A DNA stretch of 64,000 nt from an uncultured Nitrososphaerota archaeon (GCA_963718895.1 CAVRAG010000008.1:192001-256000), one strand, 5' to 3'; shown: positions 50,753 through 60,571, numbered from the stretch's first letter. The notes: generated by a model not told the origin, from the sequence alone. Translations and numbers: made by a program.

Positions 50753-51232
50753 CTATCGATGCCTGACGAGAGGAGACAGTTTCCCCAGCCTCGACCAGTG
50801 GCCCCCTCGCCAGTAGAGCTTCAAGCAAACAGGGCACCTGTAGTAGAGGCGGTGGCGATTTGCGATCGACTCGGGGAGCGAAATGGTCGCGAGGTCCCTC
50901 CCTACCCGGACGAGCTCGGAGTTGCAGATCGCGCACCTGGGAGAGCCGGGACTGACGGCCAGAGAGGCCGAGCGCGCCTGGGCGACCAGCGACTCGAGCC
51001 TCGCGCGGTCGCTCTCGCCGCCAACCTCGAGCGCGGTAACCCCGTGCCGGTTCGAATGCCGGGCAAGCCCTCTGTCCGAGGTGACTATCACCCGGTCGTC
51101 GTCCCTGGCGACCCGCTCGAGGTCCGAGTCAGACCCTTCCCGGAAGTAAAGTGTGTCGAAGCCGAAGATCCGCAGCTTCCTCGCGAGGCTTCCGAGCATG
51201 GCGTCGACGACGAACCTCGGCCGTCCGGGCAT
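50753..51232 (-). CDS. Mut7-C RNase-domain protein
   Basis: FVVDAMLGSLARKLRIFGFDT, RCAICN and CPVCLKLYWRGGHW motifs. Confidence 0.9.
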   Translation of the reverse strand: MPGRPRFVVDAMLGSLARKLRIFGFDTLYFREGSDSDLERVARDDDRVIVTSDRGLARHSNRHGVTALEVGGESDRARLESLVAQARSASLAVSPGSPRCAICNSELVRVGRDLATISLPESIANRHRLYYRCPVCLKLYWRGGHWSRLGKLSPLVRHR

Positions 51233-51269
51233 GGGCTGGTCGGAGGATTCCCGGCCTTTTTGCTCTTTC

Positions 51270-51749
51270 CTAGGACGACTTCTTCTCTCGGATGTGCATG
51301 TACGTCCCGGCGACGACCATGACGGCGAAGAGGGCCGTCGCGTTGGCGAGGTGGAGCGCCGTGACGGCGGCGTTCAGGTCCGAGTTGACCACCACATCCC
51401 CGAGCCCCACCTGGACGATGAGCATAGCCAGCGCCAGGAGCAGGGCCCTGGAGGGCTCGGTCGGGCGCGGCTTCATCCTCCAGACTACGATCGTCGTCAC
51501 GAGGAGGAAGACGGATGTTATGACGCTGAGCGTCCTGTGGATGTACTCGACCAGCGCCCCGTAGTTCACCGCCGGGTTCGGTATCGCAAGGCTTCCGTTG
51601 CAGTACGGCCAGTCGCTGGACACCAGGGACCCGCCCGTGGTCGTCCCACACGCGCCGCCCCAGTTGCCTGCGGTGAGGTAGGCGCCCCAGACGATCAGCA
51701 CGAACGTCGAGAGGATGGTCGCATATACGAGATACTTCCCCAGGGACAT
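51270..51749 (-). CDS. ctaA: Heme A synthase (short COX15/CtaA form)
   Basis: GACG...DWPYC, EYIHR, QVGLG and ALHL motifs. Confidence 0.85.
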   Translation of the reverse strand: MSLGKYLVYATILSTFVLIVWGAYLTAGNWGGACGTTTGGSLVSSDWPYCNGSLAIPNPAVNYGALVEYIHRTLSVITSVFLLVTTIVVWRMKPRPTEPSRALLLALAMLIVQVGLGDVVVNSDLNAAVTALHLANATALFAVMVVAGTYMHIREKKSS

Positions 51750-51795
51750 GCTTTCGTTCGGCCGCGGACTCGGAAGATTAGTTAAGACTTTTGCG

Positions 51796-52657
51796 CTAGA
51801 GGAGCACGGCTACGCACCCGAGCACGAATACGACAGCGAGGTACGGGCTGGAGAACTTGAAGGCGAGGAAGGCGTTGGCCTTGGTGGGCGCTCGGAGCAG
51901 CTTGATGTTCGTCGCGAGCAGCCCCGCGTCGAACGCGACCGCTCCCACGAGGTAGACCAGCCCTCCTGCGCCGCTCAGGTAGAAGTAGAAGAGGAGGCTG
52001 ATCGGAATCAGGAGCAACGTGTTCGTGACTATGAACTGCGCCGCCCTCTCCTTGCCGACGACCGAGGGGAGCATGGGTATGCCCGCCGCCGCATAGTCCG
52101 ACTCCGTTATGACGGCGAGGCTCCAGAAGTGGCTCGGAGTCCAGACGAAGACGAGGGCCGCGAGCACCCACGCCGTCGCGGGGTCCGAGAGCGTGACCGC
52201 GTACCAGCCTGCGAGGACGGCACAGCTGCCGGCGAACCCGCCCAGCACGATGTTCCACGTAGTGCGCGGCTTCAGCCAGATGGTGTAGATCTCGATGTAG
52301 ATCGAGCGCGCCAAGGCCGATGAAGAACGTGGCGTAGATGTTCAGGGTGAGGAACGCGACGAGCATCCCCATAGCCAGGAGCCCAACGGCGAACGCGAGC
52401 GCGTGCGACTTTGGTATCTGGTTAGTGGGCAGCGGCCTCCCTTTGGTGCGCTTCATCATGGAATCGACGCCGATTTCGAGGTAGCTGTTCGTGGCGAGGG
52501 CGCCGGCCGAGGCGAGGGTGCCCCCAGCCAGAAGGCCGGCGAGGGTGAGCGCCGAGGGTATCGCTCTGGCCGCTATTATCGCGGATGCGAGGGCCACGAG
52601 GACCAAGAGCGGGATGATTCTGGGCTTGACCAGCCGCACATAATCCCTTAGAGTCAA
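51796..52657 (-). CDS. cyoE: Heme O synthase (frameshift near 52305)
   Basis: LVKPRI, MKRTKGRPLP, NIVLGGFAG, WTPSHFWSL and DYAAAGIPMLP motifs. Confidence 0.9.
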
Positions 52658-52712
52658 TAGCCTATCGTGTCCCTAGACCTCGCCGACGGCCGCTGGGTGA
52701 TGATTTAAACAA

Positions 52713-53573
52713 TTATCCGGTGCGGACCTTGGCTGACCCCACCCCCTGCGGCACCCTGCACGAGGCCTCGTAGGACCGCTTTACGGACAGCGCGGTGAAC
52801 AGGGGGCCCAGGAGGAGCACCGGTATGGTGATGGCGACGAAGAGAAGCTGGTAGGGCGCGAGCGCGATCGCGAGGGTGGTGCCCACCCCGCCCAGCGAGC
52901 TGGCCAGGAACAGCCCCGCGCAGGTCGGGCAGGCCGTGAAGAGGCCGACCACGGCCCCGGAGCTCAGGAGCCAGCGACCGCCCATTGGGAACGACGACTG
53001 CCTGAAGGCGTAGTAGCTGAGTGCGACGTTGAACCCCACGAGAATCGGGACGACGAACAGGAACAACAGGCTGAGAGGGACGAGGACCATTCCCAGGTGG
53101 AGCGCCGGAGACAGGTAGACTATGAGCTTCGGTACCGTCCCGGTGTCCCCGCAGCAGGTGAGGTAGGTCCAGCTGGGCTGCGACACCCCGTAGACCTGCG
53201 CGAAGTTCACGGTCGGCTGGTAGGTGATGATGCTCGAGACGAAGGCGTAGACGAGCCCGTAGGCGATGGCTATCGCTGCGCCCAGCTTGAACGCCGTCCT
53301 CGAGCCGAGGGCCTCGCCGAGCACGGAAGGGATCGTCCGGCTCCCCTCTCCCCGCCACGTGAGGAGGACCTTGTAGACGAGATACAGGCCGAGGACGACC
53401 AGGACCGTCGAGAGGCCCTGGGCCAGATAGAACCCGAGCACGAGCGAGCCCGGGTCCTTCGAGGAGTACCCTATCAGCTCCTGGGTGTCGGACCAGCGGA
53501 ACATGTTGAAGAACGCAATCGCGGCGCCGACGACCAGAGAGACCAGACCTGTCAGCAGGGCCTTCGAAGCCAT
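52713..53573 (-). CDS. Hypothetical membrane protein with CC and CPTC motifs
   Basis: Several TM segments; TCCGD and ACPTCAG; upstream of cyoE/ctaA. Confidence 0.7.
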   Translation of the reverse strand: MASKALLTGLVSLVVGAAIAFFNMFRWSDTQELIGYSSKDPGSLVLGFYLAQGLSTVLVVLGLYLVYKVLLTWRGEGSRTIPSVLGEALGSRTAFKLGAAIAIAYGLVYAFVSSIITYQPTVNFAQVYGVSQPSWTYLTCCGDTGTVPKLIVYLSPALHLGMVLVPLSLLFLFVVPILVGFNVALSYYAFRQSSFPMGGRWLLSSGAVVGLFTACPTCAGLFLASSLGGVGTTLAIALAPYQLLFVAITIPVLLLGPLFTALSVKRSYEASCRVPQGVGSAKVRTG

Positions 53574-53635
53574 CGATGACCTCGTTGCGAAGCGTCCGAG
53601 CAGGGCTTAAATCCGTTCCGACGGGTTCGCCTCAA

Positions 53636-54931
53636 TCACGGGGGACCTTCGGCAAGGGGCACGGGCTGCTGCTTCAGCTTGATGACAGGTCCGAGTACGA
53701 TCCAGACACCGGCCAGAGCCGCTATGATTCCACCCAAGACCATGGTGCTGACCACTCCAAAGGAGGGCAGGGATGCGAGGGTGCCGCCGATTATGGCCCC
53801 TACGGGGATTGTCCCCCAGACGATCACCCGCATGGTCGCGTTCATCCGGCCCTGAAGTCGGTCCGGAGTGATCGCCTGCCTGAGGCTGACCTGGCTGATA
53901 TTGTAGATCGGCGAGCTCGTGCCAATGACGAAGGCCACGACGGCCGGCAGCAAGAACGGAGAACCGTAGCTCGCGAGGGGGTAGAGGACGGCGAGACCCG
54001 CCATGCTGACCGAGACCGCGAGACCCCGGCCGAACCCCAGCGCGGTCGTGAACCTCTTTGCGACAAGCGCTCCGACAAGGAACCCTGCTGCCCCGATGGT
54101 CCCGAGAAGACCCCACTCGAAGTAGGAGTAATGAAGACGTCCGAAGACGAACGCGAGGATTGCCGGCCCCACTATGTATGAGCCAAGATTGCTGGTGGCA
54201 GTGCATCCCGCTATTCTTGTCAGAAGGGGGTTTCCGAGCACGATGTGTATCCCTTCCCTCATCTCTCCGAAGAAGTCGGGTTGCGGATCTCCGGGCCTTG
54301 GCACCTTCCTGGGCTCTGGAGTCCGGATGTCGAGCAGAGCAACGGCGGCAGCGAGATAGCCGACGGCATCGGCGGCGCAGGTCAGTGCGGCACCGACTAT
54401 CTTCGGGGATATGACATCGGTCAGCGCCTGAAACGCCCCTCCAGCGATGCTGGGACCGACCACAGTAGCGCCCGAGGCGCTGAGCTGCAGTTTCTGGTTC
54501 CCCTCGATGAGGTCCTTCCTTTCGATCAGAATCGGAAGGTACGCCTGGTAGGAGATGTCGAAGAAGACCGAGAACACCCCGTTCACCAGTGCGATCACGT
54601 AGAGCTGGTCGAGGGCGAGCACCCCGAAGACGGCAGCGAGGGGGATCGTCATGAGGGAAGCCATCCTCCCCAAATTGCAGATGACCATGATCTTCTTCTT
54701 CCGGAACCTGTCGACCCAGACGCCCACGAAGAGCCCTAGTAGCGGATAAGGTAGAATCGCCAAAGCGGTAAGGAGGCCGACGCCGAAAGCCCCGGCGTTC
54801 AGCAGAGAATAGGCCAACACAGGAAGGGCGTACGTGCTGAAGTTGCTCCCGAATGAGCTGACGGTCTCGGAGAACCAGAGCCTCGTGAAGTCCCTGTGGC
54901 GCCAGAGGTTCCCGCCGAGGCTGAGCTTCAA
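53636..54931 (-). CDS. MFS transporter
   Basis: GVWVDRFRKK motif A, QAITPDRLQGR, about 12 TMs. Confidence 0.9.
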   Translation of the reverse strand: MKLSLGGNLWRHRDFTRLWFSETVSSFGSNFSTYALPVLAYSLLNAGAFGVGLLTALAILPYPLLGLFVGVWVDRFRKKKIMVICNLGRMASLMTIPLAAVFGVLALDQLYVIALVNGVFSVFFDISYQAYLPILIERKDLIEGNQKLQLSASGATVVGPSIAGGAFQALTDVISPKIVGAALTCAADAVGYLAAAVALLDIRTPEPRKVPRPGDPQPDFFGEMREGIHIVLGNPLLTRIAGCTATSNLGSYIVGPAILAFVFGRLHYSYFEWGLLGTIGAAGFLVGALVAKRFTTALGFGRGLAVSVSMAGLAVLYPLASYGSPFLLPAVVAFVIGTSSPIYNISQVSLRQAITPDRLQGRMNATMRVIVWGTIPVGAIIGGTLASLPSFGVVSTMVLGGIIAALAGVWIVLGPVIKLKQQPVPLAEGPP

Positions 54932-55062
54932 CGAGGCCGGGCTCTTTGGCTATGGCTATTATTCTTGCGAGCCGGGCTGGATTCTGGCGGAGTCAGGGCG
55001 AGTCCGGCCGAGGGCTCTGTCGAGAGGAGGGGTGCCTATATGCGGACTTGGAGATATTAGTC

Positions 55063-56007
55063 ATGGGACCTCCGAGACACTACAGGCACAGGACGCTCGA
55101 GGAGCGATTGAAGATTCACGCTGAGGTGGCGACGCTTCGCGGTTCGGGCATGACCGTGAAGGAGGTCGCCGACGCGCTTGGAATCAGCAGGCGTGACGTC
55201 AGTTACTGGACGAGGATGAACAAGCCGTCTCGCACCGTCTACAATCCGGACCTCACACCGAGACCTGAGCTCGCGTACCTCGTGGGAGCCTATCTCGGGG
55301 ATGGAAGGACTGCCGGACCGAAGGACAAGAAAGTGAGGTTCAACCTCGCCGACCAGGAGTTCGCGGATCAGCTTAACGAGCTAGTTGCCAAGGTCATCGG
55401 CGCCAGACTGAAGACGGTCCCCGTGGAGGAGGGGTTCCACTCTGTGAGCTACGACTGCGCGGTCCTCTACGATTTTCTCCAACAACCCCTTTCCGCCCAG
55501 ATACCTCTCGCCGAGTCATTCCCGGCAGAGTTTCTTCGCGGATTCTTCGATGCTGAGGGATACGCGTCTCAGACTATCTGGCCAGGGTCGAATGCCCTGA
55601 CAGCCATATGTGTAGGAGCAGCTAACTGCAACCTTGACTACCTCGACCTTGCCCGTCGATTGCTAGCGACCCTCGGGATACCTTCTGAAATCAGGATGAC
55701 GAACAAGGCAGGACAACCCATGGAGATACGCGGCCGAACCTACATCCGCAAGAGGAATGTGTTTCATGTGCGGATCAATGAGGCGGACTACGTCGAGAAG
55801 TTTCGCGATCGAGTGGGTTTCTCCGTTCCCGAGAAGAAGCAGAAACTCGCGGACCTCGTTGCAATAGTGTCCATTCCCGACGAATGGGATCGATACGACC
55901 GCTTCACTGACTTGTATGAGAAGAAGAAGCGCAAATGGATGCGACGAGGCGACGCGAGCAGCAGCAACCATTCTAGCGCTAGCGCTGAAAATAATTCTGC
56001 GCGGTAA
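55063..56007 (+). mobile_element. Free-standing HTH + double-motif LAGLIDADG homing endonuclease (HE2)
   Basis: MTVKEVADALGISRRDVSYW HTH; LAYLVGAYLGDG and FLRGFFDAEG motifs; no intein splice motifs. Confidence 0.85.
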
Positions 56008-56027
56008 ATTATTCCGATAGGAATAAG

Positions 56028-56170
56028 TCCCGCGGGTCGGATTCGAGCCGACGACACTCCGGTTTCTGTGGCCTGAGTAGGCTGGACGGGTCAGCCGATG
56101 GCCGACCACTACAGCCGGAAGCTCTTGGTTCCGCCTTTTTAGGGGACCTACCAGGCTGAGCTACCGCGGG
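56028..56170 (-). tRNA. tRNA-Tyr(GUA) with two introns (24 nt in the D-loop, 56125-56148; 45 nt at 37/38, 56064-56108)
   Basis: Acceptor CCCGCGG/CCGCGGG-A with C1-G72; anticodon stem TCCGG/CCGGA; BHB CTGT/ACAG at the canonical intron; 74-nt exon total. Confidence 0.92.
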
Positions 56171-56196
56171 ACGTGACCACGCCCGGCACGCATATC

Positions 56197-57243
56197 TTAA
56201 GCGTTTCCGGCGAGATGCGACTCGGATGAGTTTCGGCCCATGGAGATTGGCAGTCCAAGCGCCAGAGCGACGCGCCTGGCGTCGTCCGGCGACGATGCGC
56301 CCTTCACGAGCATCCCTCCGGACCTGAAAAGCGACACCTCGAGGTCCCCGACCCTCGTCATCAGTATCGAGTCGCCCATGCGCTTGGTCCCGTCAACAAG
56401 GCGCCTCGAGAGGCGGTCGAAGGACCGGGGAGGGAACGCGCCGCTCACGTAGAGCTCGTTGCCGCCGCAGAGCTCGACGACCCTGCTGCCGCGGCGGGGA
56501 TGCCGGCCAGACCCGCAGGCCCCGCAGTCGGGACGCCGCTCGAACCGGACCGTGTGCGACTCCATCCTCCGTCCGTCGAAGACGAGCATCGCACCCAGCA
56601 GCCCCGACTCCATCCCCGAGAGGATCTTCACCGCCTCGATCGCCCCGACCGACCCTATGTAGGAGGTGAGCGCGCCCAGCACGCCCACGACCTCGCAGGC
56701 GGGATAGTCCTCGTCCCTCGCCCCCGGGAAGACGCATTCGAAGCAGGCGGTCCTCGGGGACCAGAAGACCCCGGCCGAGGCCTCCCAGCCCAGTCCGCCG
56801 GTGTGGAGCAGCGGTATCCCCCGCGCGACGCAGGCCGCGTTGAGCGCGTACCTCCCCGCGAAGTTGTCGAGGCAGTCGACCGCTATGTCGGCATCGCGAA
56901 TCAGGCGCGGGGCGTTCCCGGTCCCGAGGCTCGCGGCGTGATAGTCCACCACAAGCCCCGGCACCCGCTCCCTCAGGTACCTGGAGACGACCTCTGCCTT
57001 GGACATCCCGACGTCGGCAAGCGTGTAGGTCGGCTGTCTGTGGAGGTTCTCGGCGGAGACGACGTCACGGTCGACGAGGGTCAGCCTCCCGACCCCGGCG
57101 ATGGCGAGGTTGACCGCCACGGAGGACCCGGTGCCTCCGAGGCCAACCACCACCGCGTGGGACCCGGCGAGGCGCCCCTGCCCCTCCCCTCCGAACCCTT
57201 CCAGGGCGATCTGCCTCGAGAAATACAGGCGGTCGTAGGACAA
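56197..57243 (-). CDS. MoeB/ThiF/UbaA family E1-like adenylyltransferase
   Basis: YFSRQ, VVGLGGTG, DRDVVSAENLHRQ, CFEC and CGAC motifs. Confidence 0.9.
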   Translation of the reverse strand: MSYDRLYFSRQIALEGFGGEGQGRLAGSHAVVVGLGGTGSSVAVNLAIAGVGRLTLVDRDVVSAENLHRQPTYTLADVGMSKAEVVSRYLRERVPGLVVDYHAASLGTGNAPRLIRDADIAVDCLDNFAGRYALNAACVARGIPLLHTGGLGWEASAGVFWSPRTACFECVFPGARDEDYPACEVVGVLGALTSYIGSVGAIEAVKILSGMESGLLGAMLVFDGRRMESHTVRFERRPDCGACGSGRHPRRGSRVVELCGGNELYVSGAFPPRSFDRLSRRLVDGTKRMGDSILMTRVGDLEVSLFRSGGMLVKGASSPDDARRVALALGLPISMGRNSSESHLAGNA

Positions 57244-57301
57244 CTGGGAAAAAAGCGAATGGAACTGCTTTTAAAGTCCGCGGGCCGGGCGTGACAAGAA
57301 C

Positions 57302-57739
57302 ATGAGCGAGAAGGCGGTCAAGAAGGTCCCTGCCAAGAAGAAGGCTGTCAGGAAGGCTCCGGCCAAGAAGAGAGCGGCCGCGGCCAAGAAGGAGGAGGCG
57401 AAGGAAGGGGCCGCGAAGGAGATCATTGAGCTAACCCCCGCGCCATCGCCGGTCGTCATGGTGAGGCACGAGTACGGCATGCAGGAGAGGGCCGCGCGGG
57501 GATACTCGCTCGGCGAGCTCGCGTCGGCTGGAATAACGTTCGTCGTTGCCAAGGGCATAGGGGTCCCGCTGGACCTCAGGAGGAGGAGCGCGCTGGACGG
57601 CAACGTCGCGCTGCTGAAGGGGTGGTACGTGCCCGCCCCGAAGAAGGCGAAGGTCGCGGCCGCGGAGAAGGAGGAGAAGCCGGCGAAGAAGGCGGCCAAG
57701 AAGCCCAAAAGAGCCGCCAAGGCGAAGAAGGAAGAGTAG
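57302..57739 (+). CDS. rpl13e: Ribosomal protein eL13 with K/A-rich N- and C-terminal extensions
   Basis: RAARGYSLGELASAGI...GVPLDLRRRS...NV core. Confidence 0.85.
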   Translation: MSEKAVKKVPAKKKAVRKAPAKKRAAAAKKEEAKEGAAKEIIELTPAPSPVVMVRHEYGMQERAARGYSLGELASAGITFVVAKGIGVPLDLRRRSALDGNVALLKGWYVPAPKKAKVAAAEKEEKPAKKAAKKPKRAAKAKKEE

Positions 57740-57746
57740 CCGTCGG

Positions 57747-58670
57747 TCAGTCCTTCGTCCTTTCGTTGTGAAACAGATACTGCTGGGCGTAGCCAGCGAA
57801 CTCACCGAAGTAAGCGCGGGCGCTCGCCGAGAGGCGGTCGTAGGTCGCCAGCGAGAGGCTCGTCCGGCCCGAGACGTTTGAAGCAAGCCTCTCTCTGAGG
57901 TCCTCGGCGAAGAGGTGCGGGTAGTAGTCCCCCAGGACCCTCGCTACCCAGACGTCTATGGGGAACGCCGAGTCCTTGTCGCAGGAGAAGAGCAGGACGC
58001 AGTCGGCGACCTTGGGCCCGATGCCCATCAGCGTCTTCCTCTCAGGGAGCTCCTCGATCAGCAGGTCCCTGGCCCTGGGGTAGTCGAAGAGGCGCAGCTC
58101 GTCCAGGTTCACCCTGCCCAGATAGACGGACTCGGCTATGGACTTCACGAACTTCGCCCTGTACCCGAGGCCGCATGCGACCAGGTCTGGGAGCTCGGCC
58201 TCGGCGAGCCTCTCGGGGCTGGGGAAGAGCGAGTAGGTCTCTCCCTCGAAGGCGACGGGCTCGCCAAGCCGCTTGCAGACGTTCGAGACCATCCCCCTAA
58301 TCCGGGGGATGTTGGAGTTCGTGGCTATGGCGAAGGAGATGAGGCACTCCCAGACCTCCTGCTTCAGCAGGCGGAGCCCGTAGAACTTCTGGACCGCTTC
58401 GGTGATCCTCTCGTCCTTCATTATCGAGGCGAGGATCCGCTCGAGGTCCACTCCTAGCCCCAGGTAGTTGTAGACGGTGCGGCTGTTGAGGGCGTCCGAG
58501 GACGAGACGCAGACGAGGGCCGCGCCCTCCTGCTTGAGCTTGACGACGCCTGGGCCAAGGACCCCGTACCACCACTCGCCCCTCTCGTTCCAGCGGAAGG
58601 ACTGGCCGGACTCCAGCGTGTAGCGGAGGTTGAAGGGGAGGCCCTCGGTGTTGATGGTGAACTCGCCCAT
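57747..58670 (-). CDS. OGG1-type 8-oxoguanine DNA glycosylase
   Basis: TLESGQSFRW, ECLISF, GLGYRA, GIGPKVADC, FPIDVW and GYAQQYLF motifs. Confidence 0.9.
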   Translation of the reverse strand: MGEFTINTEGLPFNLRYTLESGQSFRWNERGEWWYGVLGPGVVKLKQEGAALVCVSSSDALNSRTVYNYLGLGVDLERILASIMKDERITEAVQKFYGLRLLKQEVWECLISFAIATNSNIPRIRGMVSNVCKRLGEPVAFEGETYSLFPSPERLAEAELPDLVACGLGYRAKFVKSIAESVYLGRVNLDELRLFDYPRARDLLIEELPERKTLMGIGPKVADCVLLFSCDKDSAFPIDVWVARVLGDYYPHLFAEDLRERLASNVSGRTSLSLATYDRLSASARAYFGEFAGYAQQYLFHNERTKD

Positions 58671-58807
58671 CCGCCCTTCTCGAGGGTGGACTCTCTATAA
58701 AAGAATCCAAGCATGGCTCGAGAAGGCTCAGCCCAGACAGTCGTGATGTGGATTGGCGCTTAAATGCGGTGCGAAGTTCGAGTCCGACGACTCTTGGAGG
58801 GACTGGC

Positions 58808-59926
58808 CTGACGGAGGCATCCGACGCTACACCAAGCGGCAAGGAAGGAGCACAGCAGACCTCGACGGACTTCACCGAGGATGAAAGGGAAGTCCTGGAT
58901 TTTCTGGCGAACTCGAAGAGGGTCGACCTCAGGTGGCTGAACGAGGACAGGAAAACGAAGATCAAGACGGTAATCGACGGGCTGCACAACGGCAAGAAGC
59001 TCTCGCTCCTGCAGATCTCGAAAGAGGTCGGGAGGTCCTACATGGCGATCTGGGGCCTGTGCCGAGCGCTGGAGATTCGGACGAGGAGCGTGGCCGAGGC
59101 CCAGAGCAACTCCGCCGAGTCCAGGTCGAAGCACAAGCGGAGGCCGTTCGGCGGGACCGAGGAGGATCGAGCGTACATGCTCGGGTTCAAGAACGGCGAC
59201 CTGACGGCGTGGCAGGTGAGCGGGACAGCGGTGATGGTAACGTCGACAACAACGCACCCCGCGTTCGCGGAGCTCTTCCGCGAGCTCTTCCGAGAATATG
59301 GGCACGTCTACGAGTACCCGATGTACGAGGAGGGGAAGGGATACAAATGGAAGCTCGCGGTGAGGCTCGACAACAGCTTCAGGTTCCTTCTAAAACCGGC
59401 CGTCGAAGCGGTCCAGGAGCTCTCGGCAGAGAGGTCGACGTACCTCAGTTGGCTCGCGGGTCTAGTCGATAGCGACGGGAACATATACGTTTCAGGAGGT
59501 CGCGGCTCTCCAAGGATACGCGTTGGCATTTACAACAGTGATGTGCCTCTCCTGAAGTCAATCATCACGGAGAGCAGAAAGATCCAATATGATTTCGACG
59601 GACCGTACCTCTTGAAGGAGAAAGGTACCGTTACTCCGTTCGGCATTAGGTACACTAGGGATCTCTGGCATATCGATGTCCAGCAGACCTGGTCGGCGCA
59701 GCGATTACTCCTTGAGCTCCCGATCAGACACGCTGAGAAACTTCGCCGCAAGTCGCTAGGGTTGCAGGTAGGCCGCCGACCTTGGAGCGAGATTGAAGCG
59801 GAGTTCCTGGAACTCAGAAAGGCGATACGGAGAGAAGTTGACGAGTTCCTTGCCGAGGCCGAGGAGCGCTACAGGAACAATCACGGATTTCCGGGCGACA
59901 GCACAAGTACTGAAGATCGCACCTAG
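58808..59926 (+). mobile_element. Free-standing HTH + double-motif LAGLIDADG homing endonuclease (HE3); start uncertain (CTG 58808 or GTG 58748)
   Basis: LSLLQISKEVGRS HTH; AYMLGFKNGDL and SWLAGLVDSDG motifs; LPIRHAEK. Confidence 0.85.
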
Positions 59927-59959
59927 ACCTCAGCGGAAGATAGGAAGTGAGGAGTGGAG

Positions 59960-60571
59960 CTACTTCGATGCCTTCTGGAAGCGCTTCCCCACGTCTTCCC
60001 AGTTGACGACGTTCCACCAGGCCTCTACGTACTTGCCCCTGTCGTTCAGGTACTGGAGATAATATGCATGTTCCCAGACGTCACACCCGAGCAGTATCGG
60101 CAGCTCCGGCAGGTGCATGAAGTTCTGCTTCTCGACCTGGGTCAGGACGAGGGAGTCGATCTCGTGGTCGTAGAGCAGGAGCGCCCACCCAGAACCCTCG
60201 ACCGCCTTCGCGGCGTCGCTGAACTGGGCCTTGAACTTGTCGAAGGACCCGAAGTCCTGGGTGATCTTGTCGGCGAGCTTCCCGGTCGGCGCGCCGCCTC
60301 CTCCCTTCCCCGCGGCGGCCATGTTCATCCAGAAGATAGAGTGCAGCTTGTGTCCGCCGACGTTGAAGGAGAGGTCCCTGAGGGTCCCCTTGATGTCGAT
60401 CTGGAGGGTCCCTGCACGGGCCTTCTCGAGCTTGTCGAGGGCCGCGTTCGCACCCGTCACGTAGGCGTTGTGGTGCTTGTCGTGGTGCAGCGTCATGATC
60501 TGCTTCGAGATATACGGCTCGAGCGCTTCATAGGGATATGGTAACGGTGGCAGCGTGTAGGTCTTTGCCAT
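59960..60571 (-). CDS. sod: Fe/Mn superoxide dismutase
   Basis: LHHDKHH, GHKLHSIFW, GSGW and DVWEHAYY motifs. Confidence 0.97.
   Translation of the reverse strand: MAKTYTLPPLPYPYEALEPYISKQIMTLHHDKHHNAYVTGANAALDKLEKARAGTLQIDIKGTLRDLSFNVGGHKLHSIFWMNMAAAGKGGGGAPTGKLADKITQDFGSFDKFKAQFSDAAKAVEGSGWALLLYDHEIDSLVLTQVEKQNFMHLPELPILLGCDVWEHAYYLQYLNDRGKYVEAWWNVVNWEDVGKRFQKASK

Noticed and set aside
58680-58810. Search for a displaced sod 3' copy upstream of HE3
   Set aside because: No similarity to the sod end was found; this region holds divergent promoter-like sequence only.
55063-59926. HE2 and HE3 as inteins or intron-encoded proteins
   Set aside because: Neither has an N-terminal Cys/Ser block or C-terminal His-Asn. 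They interrupt no host gene and lie outside the tRNA introns.
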